From an uncultured bacterium (GTDB taxonomy: Bacteria > Acidobacteriota > HRBIN11 > JAKEFK01): a stretch of 64,000 bases of DNA. The stretch is taken from positions 544,001 through 608,000 of the forward strand of contig CAVZQN010000004.1 in NCBI GenBank assembly GCA_963777505.1, in the 5' to 3' direction. The notes under the pieces are model-generated. The model worked only from the letters and a program-made list of their open reading frames with translations, was not told the DNA's origin and searched no databases. The translations under genes were made by a program, and so were the position numbers. This document shows, one piece after another, positions 50,652-60,028 of the stretch (the first letter of the stretch is position 1; each line of letters opens with the position of its first letter).

Positions 50652-51197
50652 TTACCGCAAAGGTCCAGAGTATCTTAATGCTAATCTCTTCACTGTCGTT
50701 GAGTTGCGGAAAGTTGCCGGCATTCCAAAAGTTTTTTCGAGCTTCGCATAGGAAAAAACAGATTCACTCATCTTTTTCCGGCAAAGCCAATAAACTTCAC
50801 GTCCATTTACGTTAAAATCATCAATTCTTGACCGGAATGTCATCAATTTCTTTTTAGATTCTTCTGTTGCGATATCTGCCACAAATCCAATGTATAAAAC
50901 ATTGCCATCAGCGTCCGCATCTTTAAAGCATGTATAAGAAATAATTTTTGTTAGTTCTTCTGGAGTTCGGAGAAAGGTACTTACCTTGTAGCCTAGCGAA
51001 TTTTCCAGATGAGCTTCTATCTTTTTCTCAAGAGCTTTTGTGTTTTTGGACGTCGAATCGAAAATAACATTCCCGCTTGCAATAAAAGTTTCAACATTTG
51101 AAAAGCCCATCGCTTCAAACAGGCTTCGAAGATGGTCCATTTTTACAATGTGACCACCCACGTTGATAGCTCGAAGAAACGCGACATATTTAGGCAT
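50652..51197 (-). CDS. DUF1697 domain protein
   Basis: YVAFLRAINVGG, TFIASGNV, ATFRN. Confidence 0.88.
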   Translation of the reverse strand: MPKYVAFLRAINVGGHIVKMDHLRSLFEAMGFSNVETFIASGNVIFDSTSKNTKALEKKIEAHLENSLGYKVSTFLRTPEELTKIISYTCFKDADADGNVLYIGFVADIATEESKKKLMTFRSRIDDFNVNGREVYWLCRKKMSESVFSYAKLEKTFGMPATFRNSTTVKRLALRYSGPLR

Positions 51198-51199
51198 TG

Positions 51200-52744
51200 C
51201 TAGATTCGTGTTTTGAGGTCCAGGATTTCCGCTTTAAAGATAGGGATTTGAGGCAAGCTGATCGTTTGATTGTTGGCTGCATTTGCCCGGGCAACATGCC
51301 AGTAACAAAAGCCAAGTTTGGTTACGGCACGGAGATAACGTCGGCGTGCTTGCAATCGCTGTCTATCATTCAATGATTGTGCGATCCATCGAAGCCGAGT
51401 CACAATTGAGCCAACCATATCAAGTTCTGCCAGGCTCAGGGTGCCATTAGACACTTCAAATGCAAGCATTTCTTTTACGATCCGTCGTTCGCGCTTTGCT
51501 ATGTAGATGATGGCTCCAATGAAAATCAGGAATAGAGGTACCCATACAATGAAATATGCAATCAGGAACATTGCACCTAAGGCATGTGCAATGCCGTTCC
51601 AGAGGGCATGCAAAAAGACAGCACCCGCATATCCAGCTACGGGAGCAATAATTTTTAATGTCGGATTTTGAGTTTCTCGCGCGATACCGCAGCCGATTCC
51701 CGTCATCGATGTAAAAAGAGAATGCGCAAAAGGGGAAAGAATTCCGCGCATAAATCCGATCATCAATAATCCGCCGGAACCTTCATTAATATAAGTGCGT
51801 CCGTAATACAGAACATTTTCTGCGGTTGCGAATCCAAGCGCGACAATTCCTGCATAAACGAGTCCATCAACAATTCCGTCAAATTCTTTTCGCAGAAAAA
51901 GTAGAAACAATAAAACGCCGAGGCCTTTCGTACTCTCTTCAATTAATGGCGCAGAGATTACCGCTGAAAGGACGTCTCCTTGCGGACCTCCTATTAAAGC
52001 TGCAGCTACCGAGCCGAAAAAAGTATTTACTACAAATGAAACCAGAATAGAAAATAGAGCTCCCCATCCGAAAGCCGCCGCCAGAGCCCAAGCTGGTTCC
52101 GGATCATATCGATCAATCCAGAGGAACAACATTAAATAAAATGGAGCTGGAAGAAACGCCATAATGCCGCCAACCATCGTTCCTTTAAATCCAAGAATTG
52201 AAAACATCAAAATCGTTACGATTAAAGCAACGACTCCGCCAACTGCCAGCGCAATAATAGGTCCAAGAAAATTCGGCTCTGGTTTCTTTTCTTCAATTCC
52301 GACTCTCTCAATTCTTTCCGGTTTATAAAAACTCATCCGGGCTAAGGTATCCATGCGATTCATGTCAGAAATTGTCGAAGGAGATGCACCCGGGGTTGTC
52401 ATCTCTTCCCTCGGATATGCAATTTCAAGATCGACAGAGATTTCAGGTCCTTGTTTTCCAAACCTGATTACATCTCCGGCGTTTAAAAGAATTTGCGTTA
52501 TAGGATTTCCATTTACGAATGTACCATTCGTACTATTTTTATCCGTTAGCTGATAACCGTGAGGAATTGATTCAATAAAGGCGTGATTTGTTGAAACACC
52601 GGGATCGAATCTGTGATCAAAACGGATTGTGCTTTCGGGACTTCTTCCAAATGTTAAAGTCCCCTGATCCAGTTCAATCTGGTTTCCGCTCAGTGACCCC
52701 TTTGTAACTATTAACCGAAGTTTCATTTCCCCTGCGTTCATCAT
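51200..52744 (-). CDS. FHA domain plus PrsW-family intramembrane protease
   Basis: FHA: GR, S-x-x-H, STNGTFVNG. PrsW: APLIEESTKG, GFATAEN, HSLFT, HALWN. Confidence 0.9.
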   Translation of the reverse strand: MMNAGEMKLRLIVTKGSLSGNQIELDQGTLTFGRSPESTIRFDHRFDPGVSTNHAFIESIPHGYQLTDKNSTNGTFVNGNPITQILLNAGDVIRFGKQGPEISVDLEIAYPREEMTTPGASPSTISDMNRMDTLARMSFYKPERIERVGIEEKKPEPNFLGPIIALAVGGVVALIVTILMFSILGFKGTMVGGIMAFLPAPFYLMLFLWIDRYDPEPAWALAAAFGWGALFSILVSFVVNTFFGSVAAALIGGPQGDVLSAVISAPLIEESTKGLGVLLFLLFLRKEFDGIVDGLVYAGIVALGFATAENVLYYGRTYINEGSGGLLMIGFMRGILSPFAHSLFTSMTGIGCGIARETQNPTLKIIAPVAGYAGAVFLHALWNGIAHALGAMFLIAYFIVWVPLFLIFIGAIIYIAKRERRIVKEMLAFEVSNGTLSLAELDMVGSIVTRLRWIAQSLNDRQRLQARRRYLRAVTKLGFCYWHVARANAANNQTISLPQIPIFKAEILDLKTRI

Positions 52745-52801
52745 TATAAACTGTTTTTTTAACGTTAAGAACGGCGAGAAATTATTCGAATCTGTGCTAG
52801 G

Positions 52802-53047
52802 ATGGGGCGCATGTTAGAGCAAACGATTTCGATCATTGCTGCTGTTATGATTCTGGCCGCGTACGGAGGACAGCAAGTCGGTAAACTTTCTTCTACAGGT
52901 CCGCTTTATCTGATTCTGAATCTGATTGGGGCGGTTATCCTTGGCGTGATTGCATGGCGTGCCAGACAAATAGGATTGACGATTCTGGAACTGACGTGGG
53001 GACTTATTACGCTTGTCTCTTTGATTCGCGTTTTGCGGTCCAATTGA
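52802..53047 (+). CDS. Small membrane protein (CBU_0592-like)
   Basis: ILAAY...LYLILNLIGA...ILELTW; three TM helices. Confidence 0.75.
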   Translation: MGRMLEQTISIIAAVMILAAYGGQQVGKLSSTGPLYLILNLIGAVILGVIAWRARQIGLTILELTWGLITLVSLIRVLRSN

Positions 53048-53067
53048 TCATTTGATATAGTGCCGAT

Positions 53068-53496
53068 ATGGAAATCAAGCGGCTTCAATCCTCTGCGATT
53101 CAGCAAAATGTAACTGAACAAAACTCTTCCTCCTCTTCTGCTAGTGCAAATATTCAAAAAGGGATTGCCAGCGCTAAAGACGGTTTTGAAGTTGTTCAGC
53201 AAAATCCAACTCAAGCGACTCCAAACTCAACGTCTTCACAACTGCCAGCGGTACAAAAGCAAATCTCAGCTTATATGAGCGGACAGGATAGTAGCGGCAA
53301 TCTGTTTGCCATGATGATGGAATACCAAAAAATAATGAACAAAGAGGCACGAGAGGATCGAACATCGGCCCGACAATCGGCTGGTTCAGCGCTCGCATCA
53401 AAATCATCACAACTGGGTCAACAGAATAAAGCGATTGATCAAGGCATGAAAGAAGCTGGGGAAAAAGCTAATGTTGCAATGAATGAAGCATCTTAG
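53068..53496 (+). CDS. Hypothetical S/Q-rich coiled-coil protein, putative secreted substrate, possibly truncated
   Basis: Disordered N-terminus, GIAxxxDxFE motif, coiled-coil C-terminal half. Confidence 0.7.
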   Translation: MEIKRLQSSAIQQNVTEQNSSSSSASANIQKGIASAKDGFEVVQQNPTQATPNSTSSQLPAVQKQISAYMSGQDSSGNLFAMMMEYQKIMNKEAREDRTSARQSAGSALASKSSQLGQQNKAIDQGMKEAGEKANVAMNEAS

Positions 53497-53688
53497 AGTA
53501 CATGATTGGTACCGCTGGGAAAGCTCGTGAAAGGGGATACATCAAAACGACATTGATACGATGGGCAAAATGTTAAATGAGCTGAAAGAGATGAAAGAAA
53601 AGCTCCTTTCCGAGCCAGATAGTGACAAAGAAAAAATCGATTCTCGATATAATTCTCTTGTTTCCTGGTTGACTAAAAAGGACGACCC

Positions 53689-54591
53689 CTAACGTTTGGC
53701 TCGTGCGAGTTCTGCTTCGGCTGCAAGATATCCAAAAGCCGGCCACATCTTCCCTTTGGTAATTTCCTGAAACATTTCGTTTGCTTTACTCGATTCGCCG
53801 TTGTAAAGATACCAGTTTCCAACACCATAGCCGATTGTTGCGTTTGATAAATCATCCTCAGTTTTCTTTAACATTTCAGCAGGTGTGATCTCGCCTTTGT
53901 ACATTAAAAGCAGCTGGTGATAATCCATATTTTCGATGAGATTCATATCTTTGCGGATTGTTTTCAGTACTCCTGACGCTTCATCCTTCTGATTCAACCG
54001 CCGTAAGGTCATGTATAACCAGTGTGCTGTTGCAGAATGCATATCATCGTTTTTTGAAACTTTCATGCATTCGCGATACGCATCCGCAGCGCGCTTAAAA
54101 TCGCCTTTCAAATAATATGAGAGTCCCAGGTGATACCAGATATTCGATTGCAGAGTACTTGTAGGGATATTTTTTTCATTTGGAATTCCATCAGGTTCTA
54201 TTTGATCCGGCTTTCCCTGGATCAAAGATGAGGCTTTCTCAAAATCGCTGATCGCTTTATCAATTTGCCTTGTAGATAAATAACGATGTCCGCGGTGTCT
54301 GTAAAATCGCGCGTCATTCGGGAATTTTTCTATTCCGCGTGTGAATATTTCGATTGCTTCGTTAAATTCACCAAGATAGGCTGTGCGTCTTCCAAGCCAG
54401 ATGATGGCATCGGCACTGTTGGGAGATTGTTCGTAATCTTTTTTCGCGATTTCAAGATTCTTTTCATATTCAGCTCTTGTTTCTGCTGATAGCTCAGGAG
54501 CATATAACGGTTTTCCAAGGAGCGAAGTAGCTTCTGGTTCTTGAGCGAAAAGAACACCCGATAACAAAAAGAATATGATCAGAGTTTTCAT
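53689..54591 (-). CDS. Exported tetratricopeptide repeat protein
   Basis: Signal peptide; TPR helices (WLGRRTAYLG, WYHLGLSYYLKG). Confidence 0.85.
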   Translation of the reverse strand: MKTLIIFFLLSGVLFAQEPEATSLLGKPLYAPELSAETRAEYEKNLEIAKKDYEQSPNSADAIIWLGRRTAYLGEFNEAIEIFTRGIEKFPNDARFYRHRGHRYLSTRQIDKAISDFEKASSLIQGKPDQIEPDGIPNEKNIPTSTLQSNIWYHLGLSYYLKGDFKRAADAYRECMKVSKNDDMHSATAHWLYMTLRRLNQKDEASGVLKTIRKDMNLIENMDYHQLLLMYKGEITPAEMLKKTEDDLSNATIGYGVGNWYLYNGESSKANEMFQEITKGKMWPAFGYLAAEAELARAKR

Positions 54592-54624
54592 GGATATTAT
54601 TTTAACCGCAGAGACGTAGAGAGG

Positions 54625-57600
54625 CTATTCGGCTTTTAATGCTGGAAGCAATGGCACTCGCAGGATCGCTGAAACTGCTGCGATGCTGGAAATCATTCCA
54701 ACAAAAAACACCAGAAGAAGGGTAAAACTCAAAGAAAGCCAGGGAATAGCTGAAAAATCTTGCAGTAAATAAGGTGTTGCAGTGATTGCTGCAGCGATCG
54801 CTCCGGTGAGAATTCCAATGCAGAGTAAGAACGCATTCTCAGCTACAACCATTGTTGCTAGAAATTTTCGTTGAAACCCAAACGCGCGCATTGCAGCCAA
54901 TTCGCCGCGACGTTCAATGACATTTCGAAGAAGAATAATTCCCAATCCTGTTGTTCCAAGCAAAAGACCAAGCCCGCCTAAAGTTTGAAACGTTGAAAGA
55001 TAAGTGTTCTCAACCGAATGGTAGTTTTCAATCGTTTCTACGGTCGACTTTGTATCCGCACCATAATCCGCAAGTTGTTCTTCAAATTTTTGCGAAAGAT
55101 CCGGAGCCTGATGTTGTTTGGAGTCAATCAAGAAATAGGAATAGCCGCTTTCTTTTGGAAAATGCTTGATAAATTGCTTTTCTGATATCAGGATCTCGCT
55201 TTGAAAGATACTGCTCTTCAAAAGAGCGACAAAACGCAAGGTCAATGGTTTCCCCGATGAATCAACCACGCTAAAGTCTTTTCCCAGGCCTGAATGCAGG
55301 ATCCATAGAACTGAGTTGTAATCACCGATTGCCGGAATAATGTTTTCTCCAAAATCGTGATCTAACAATCGCCATGGATTCTTTTGGATATCGGATTCTT
55401 TCGCCAGGCTTCCTTGAAACGAAAAGCCGCCTCGATCGATTTGCTTTTGGGGAACACCCAGGATGCGTGGTTTCCCCGGCCGGTACAAATTCAGACAGCT
55501 TGCATCTTCACCCGGAAGAAGGCGGAACGATGTAATGTCAGTCTGTTGAAATAAGCGTGCAGTGGCTTCAGGCAAATCCAGATCGTTTCGGTCTTTTGCG
55601 CTGGATGGATCGTAAAGTAAAGGAATACTCGATTGTGCAACCAAAGAATAACCACCGGTACCCGAATTCAAATCATCGGGATTCAGTTTCAGCTCACGGC
55701 GATTGATTCCTACAGCAACAATTACAAAACAAGCGCAAGATACAAGTGCTGCGCTTAGTAAACTTCGTCCCGGATTGCGCGAAGTATTTCGCGCAGCCAT
55801 CGCTGCGGCTGCAGCTCCTCCTGAAGCTCGCAATTTGTGGTGCTGCGTTTTGCGGAGCCAGACCATCAAAAGCGCCAACGCTGAGATTAACAAACAAGCA
55901 CCGGCTGCAAAAAACAAGGCGGATGCTAACGAAGCTGATGATTGTGATGCAATGATAACCAGGATCAACCCAAGTGGAAGGAATATCAGGCCGATGATGC
56001 GGCTCCACTTTGATGGACGAAATTCTTCAAACGATGTTGTGGATCCTGCAAGCAAGGAAGGTACAGGTAATTTCGATAAACGGCGAGTTGACCACCAGAG
56101 CGAAAACATCATAACGAAAAGCGAAATGATTGCGCCAAGCAGCAATGTTTGAAAATTTGTATGAAGTTGTAGATCTGATGAACCTACCGCTGACTGCCAC
56201 CAGGTGCGAAGCCCTGAAAGCATCAGCCAGGCATATGCAGATGCTGCAAGAGTGCCTAACAAAATTCCCGCTAACGCGAGAACGAACCCTTCCGATAGCA
56301 ACTGTCGCAGAATACTTTGAGGTGAATATCCCATCGCCAGTAAGGATCCTAATTCCTGGGATCGTTGTTCTGCTCCTAATCTGAACAAAAGCCCGGCGAG
56401 CATTGCAGACGAAAAGATCAAAAAGAAACTGAAGCCGGTAAAGAGTGCGCCAAAGTCACTTGAACCGTTTGCAGCATCCAAACCTTGTTGTCTTACGGGT
56501 TGAAAGATCATTCCAACATCGGCTGGCGTAATATTTTTTTGCAAAATACTTTTAAGCTGTCCTGAATCCTCCGATGTTTGTGTTATCCGGATAGAAGAAA
56601 GATTTCCAAAACGGCTGGACCAGAGTTGATGTGCTTTTTTTAGTGAAATGAAAGCTTTTGGGGCAGCACGATGTAAATCCCAATATTCTTCATCGATTGG
56701 ACGGATCAAATTTAAATCAACAGGAAACGGCGGAGACCATTCTGAAATATTTTCCGTATTTTGTATTCCTGGATATTCCGGAGCAAGGGAGCTGTCGATT
56801 GCAAATCCTTTCATCGAAATGATTCCGGCTAATCGGAATTCGTTTGATTTTGTAATGAGTTGATTGCCCGGGGCAACAACAAAGTATTCAACGCGAATTG
56901 GATCTCCGATCTGCGCTTTTAGATTGTTTGCACTCCATTCGGTCAGAAGGATTTCATCATCGTTTAGCGTTCGTACCGGGTTTCCATTTTGAAGCGTCAT
57001 GTCCGTTGATTCGAGATTTGATACCGCAGTGATCGTTGAATACGGGACCATGAGTTCGCTGGTCTGAATTTTGTTGGCAAGATATGTAAAGACCTGCTGA
57101 TCTTTTGCTCCTAAAGATTTCGCGGCTTGTGTCACTTTATTGGCAATTGTGGAATTCAAAATGATTTCAGAAGTTTCAATAACCACTTCGTTTTCGATTT
57201 GGCGGAGTTTGATTCCAGCATCTTCAAGTGTAAACACTTCCTTGAACGCACGATTGAGGGTTTCGATAGATTCCGAATTTTTTGATTTCACGTAGAGCGT
57301 GTTAACTTTTTGACTTAACTCTAGAGACCTTTGAATCACTTTCAAATCTACAAATGCATTTTGTGGAGAACTTTGATGCGGATGAAGAGTCAAACCACCC
57401 GGCCCTTTCTCAGATACGATTCCCGTCACTGTTAAGCGTAATTTCCGTACAACGTTTTCAACATTACGTTCTCCAAGGACTGTTTCTGGGTGAATATCTC
57501 CAGGCCGCTGAAAAGACAGCAGAATCGCATCTCCCGGTTTGACATTGAGTTCCCGTTGCAACGACTCAGTCACAACAACCGATGGAAAGATCTGTCCATC

Positions 57601-57993
57601 CCGTCTTGCGAGCATACTGTTGATTGAGGAATTTGTTGCGTACATGGATTCCAGTCGTTGATCGATTCCGTGAACTGTAATGTTGGATGCGCGCGATCCT
57701 GTTTCCGGCCGCACGGCAGTTGCTGATAATGTGATTGCGGGGACTGTAGCAGTGAATGATTTTTGGAAGTCCTGATTATTTTGTAAATCGGCAGCTAATT
57801 GCTCCCGGAAAAACTTTTCTGAAATCAAAGCATGATCAATATTGCCGAGTCTTTGTAGAACCAGATCTCGCAAGCTTCCGCGAACGGAGTCCCCGACCAG
57901 CAAGGCGCCGGTTAAAACCGCCGTTGCAACTGCGGCTCCTGCAACGACTGCGAGATGAATCCGCCAATAATATTTCAGACTTTTGGAAATCAT
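54625..57993 (-). CDS. ABC transporter permease, MacB/FtsX type (duplicated)
   Basis: GALLVGDSVRGSL, EQRSQELG, ERRGELAAMRAFGF; two large periplasmic domains. Confidence 0.9.
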   Translation of the reverse strand: MISKSLKYYWRIHLAVVAGAAVATAVLTGALLVGDSVRGSLRDLVLQRLGNIDHALISEKFFREQLAADLQNNQDFQKSFTATVPAITLSATAVRPETGSRASNITVHGIDQRLESMYATNSSINSMLARRDGQIFPSVVVTESLQRELNVKPGDAILLSFQRPGDIHPETVLGERNVENVVRKLRLTVTGIVSEKGPGGLTLHPHQSSPQNAFVDLKVIQRSLELSQKVNTLYVKSKNSESIETLNRAFKEVFTLEDAGIKLRQIENEVVIETSEIILNSTIANKVTQAAKSLGAKDQQVFTYLANKIQTSELMVPYSTITAVSNLESTDMTLQNGNPVRTLNDDEILLTEWSANNLKAQIGDPIRVEYFVVAPGNQLITKSNEFRLAGIISMKGFAIDSSLAPEYPGIQNTENISEWSPPFPVDLNLIRPIDEEYWDLHRAAPKAFISLKKAHQLWSSRFGNLSSIRITQTSEDSGQLKSILQKNITPADVGMIFQPVRQQGLDAANGSSDFGALFTGFSFFLIFSSAMLAGLLFRLGAEQRSQELGSLLAMGYSPQSILRQLLSEGFVLALAGILLGTLAASAYAWLMLSGLRTWWQSAVGSSDLQLHTNFQTLLLGAIISLFVMMFSLWWSTRRLSKLPVPSLLAGSTTSFEEFRPSKWSRIIGLIFLPLGLILVIIASQSSASLASALFFAAGACLLISALALLMVWLRKTQHHKLRASGGAAAAAMAARNTSRNPGRSLLSAALVSCACFVIVAVGINRRELKLNPDDLNSGTGGYSLVAQSSIPLLYDPSSAKDRNDLDLPEATARLFQQTDITSFRLLPGEDASCLNLYRPGKPRILGVPQKQIDRGGFSFQGSLAKESDIQKNPWRLLDHDFGENIIPAIGDYNSVLWILHSGLGKDFSVVDSSGKPLTLRFVALLKSSIFQSEILISEKQFIKHFPKESGYSYFLIDSKQHQAPDLSQKFEEQLADYGADTKSTVETIENYHSVENTYLSTFQTLGGLGLLLGTTGLGIILLRNVIERRGELAAMRAFGFQRKFLATMVVAENAFLLCIGILTGAIAAAITATPYLLQDFSAIPWLSLSFTLLLVFFVGMISSIAAVSAILRVPLLPALKAE

Positions 57994-58679
57994 TTTAGAA
58001 AGCTTCGTTCGTTAAGTTGGCCGTCGCGCAAATCAAAACGCAGATCGAATTTCTGTGCCAGATCAGAACTGTGAGTAACCACAATCATCACAGTGCTTTC
58101 CTGGCGATGCAAATCAAACAACAATGAAGCCACCGATTCAGCGTTTACATGATCAAGATTTCCAGTAGGTTCATCACATAGAAGGATTGGGGGATCATTC
58201 ATTAAGGCACGCGCAACTGCAGCACGCTGGCTTTCTCCGCCGGAGAGTTGAGCGGGACGATAATCGAGCCGGTGCAGAAGTCCAACCCGTTCCAGAAGCG
58301 CCTTTGCGCGCGACTCCGGATTATCATTGCCGCGATCAAAAGCAAGAGCAGGGAGCATTACATTTTCTATCACAGAATATTGAGGCAAGAGATGATGATC
58401 TTGAAAGACAAATCCTATTTGGCTATTCCTGAATCGAGCTAGTTCAGGTTCGGAAAGCAAAAATGGATTTTTCCCATTCATTTCGATTGTTCCTGATGAA
58501 GGTTTATCGAGCGTGCCGATCAAATGAAGAAGAGTGCTTTTGCCTGAGCCTGAAGGCCCCATGATCGCCGCGGACCCTCCGCTTGAAAGTTCAAGGGAAA
58601 CATTGTTAAGAACATTCACAGAATGCTCACCAGCTAAAAACGATTTGGACACGTTTGAAACTTTCAGTGTTATTGCCAT
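57990..58679 (-). CDS. ABC transporter ATP-binding protein (LolD-like)
   Basis: GPSGSGKS, LSGGE, DEPTGNLD, VVTH. Confidence 0.93.
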   Translation of the reverse strand: MAITLKVSNVSKSFLAGEHSVNVLNNVSLELSSGGSAAIMGPSGSGKSTLLHLIGTLDKPSSGTIEMNGKNPFLLSEPELARFRNSQIGFVFQDHHLLPQYSVIENVMLPALAFDRGNDNPESRAKALLERVGLLHRLDYRPAQLSGGESQRAAVARALMNDPPILLCDEPTGNLDHVNAESVASLLFDLHRQESTVMIVVTHSSDLAQKFDLRFDLRDGQLNERSFLK

Positions 58680-58682
58680 CGT

Positions 58683-59996
58683 TCAAACTCTTTCAGCTAC
58701 AGGAACAAGTTTTTCATTTGACATTAAATAACGGATGAGTGGAGTTGCCATATAAGTACTCACCAATGCCATGATTACAAGCATAGTAAACATCTGAGGC
58801 GGAAGTACTCCAAGGTCACGGCCAATATTGAGAGTAATTAATTGCATGAGCCCGCGTGTGTTCATTGCAACGCCGAAGGTAAGAGCAGTGCGATGATCTT
58901 CTCCGGCAAATCGAGATGCTACGTATGTGCCGCCCAATTTTGCAGAAAAGGCAATAGCGCAGACGAGAATACATTGAATAACAGCCGATGATGAATTCAA
59001 TGTTCCGATATCGGTACGCAAGCCCGTGTAGACAAAAAAGATAGGCAGAAAAAATACTGTTATCAATGGAGCAATCCGTCTTTTCCATTCAGCGGCAAAT
59101 TCGCGATTTTCATGAAGTGCAATGCCGATCACGAATCCGCCGATAGCAGCAAATACACCCAAATTACTTGTAACAATCGCCGAACCCAACATCAGGATGA
59201 TGAGCCACGCAATTCCGATATTTTGAAGTTCACCGCTGTGTTTTGATAAATGACTTCTTAATGCTCGCTGAATAATGGGCCGCGCTACGAAAAACAGAAA
59301 AACCACATATGCAAGAAGCCCAAGAAATCTCAGCACAAAATTGGAGACGTTAAAGGCTGCTGTAATGATTGCAGCGATAGCCCCTAATAAAAACCAGCCC
59401 AGGACATCATCAATTGCTGCCGCAGCGATTGTGATTGCAGCAGTACGGGTATGTGTAAGACCTAATTCCATAAAGATTCGCCCCAGAACGGGAATGGCAG
59501 TAATGGACATTGCAATTGCAAAGAAGAGCCTGAATCCAAGTTCAGAAGGACGCGGTTCAGCCATCTGATTGTAAAACCATGGAGCCGTAAAGTAGCCGAG
59601 AGCGAAAGGAAGCACAATGCCGCAAAGGCTGACTAGAATAATTGTGTTACGAGCTCCAGGAATGTTTGTGCTGAATTCAAATTCCAGCCCGATTTGAAAC
59701 ATCAGGAAAATCAGCCCGACTTGCGCAATTCCGATAAATATCACTGAAGTCGATGGATGGAAAAAGTTGTGAAGTAATTCCGGTGCAATTACACCGAGCA
59801 GACTTGGCCCCAGTAATATACCTGCCAAAATCTCTCCGGCGATATCCGTTTGTTTTAGGATGCGTTTAGAAAATGCAACCACAATTCTAGTGACAACAAA
59901 GATAACAATAAGCTGATAAAGAAGCCGCAATACAATTTCTTCGGCATGTGCTCCGGTTGCGGATTCACCAACAGTCGTCGCAGGTAAAAGTGACAT
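58683..59996 (-). CDS. Cation:proton antiporter (CPA2/Kef type)
   Basis: GEILAGILLGPS, SITAIPVLGRI, AAIDD, GLRT, MNTRGLM. Confidence 0.9.
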   Translation of the reverse strand: MSLLPATTVGESATGAHAEEIVLRLLYQLIVIFVVTRIVVAFSKRILKQTDIAGEILAGILLGPSLLGVIAPELLHNFFHPSTSVIFIGIAQVGLIFLMFQIGLEFEFSTNIPGARNTIILVSLCGIVLPFALGYFTAPWFYNQMAEPRPSELGFRLFFAIAMSITAIPVLGRIFMELGLTHTRTAAITIAAAAIDDVLGWFLLGAIAAIITAAFNVSNFVLRFLGLLAYVVFLFFVARPIIQRALRSHLSKHSGELQNIGIAWLIILMLGSAIVTSNLGVFAAIGGFVIGIALHENREFAAEWKRRIAPLITVFFLPIFFVYTGLRTDIGTLNSSSAVIQCILVCAIAFSAKLGGTYVASRFAGEDHRTALTFGVAMNTRGLMQLITLNIGRDLGVLPPQMFTMLVIMALVSTYMATPLIRYLMSNEKLVPVAERV

Positions 59997-60028
59997 GCAT
60001 TACCAAATAGAAAATGAGTGCCGGGTGA

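Noticed and set aside
53062-53069. Sigma28 -10 box GCCGATAT before the orphan gene
   Set aside because: It overlaps the start codon, has no properly spaced TAAA, and is not shared by the other three orphans.
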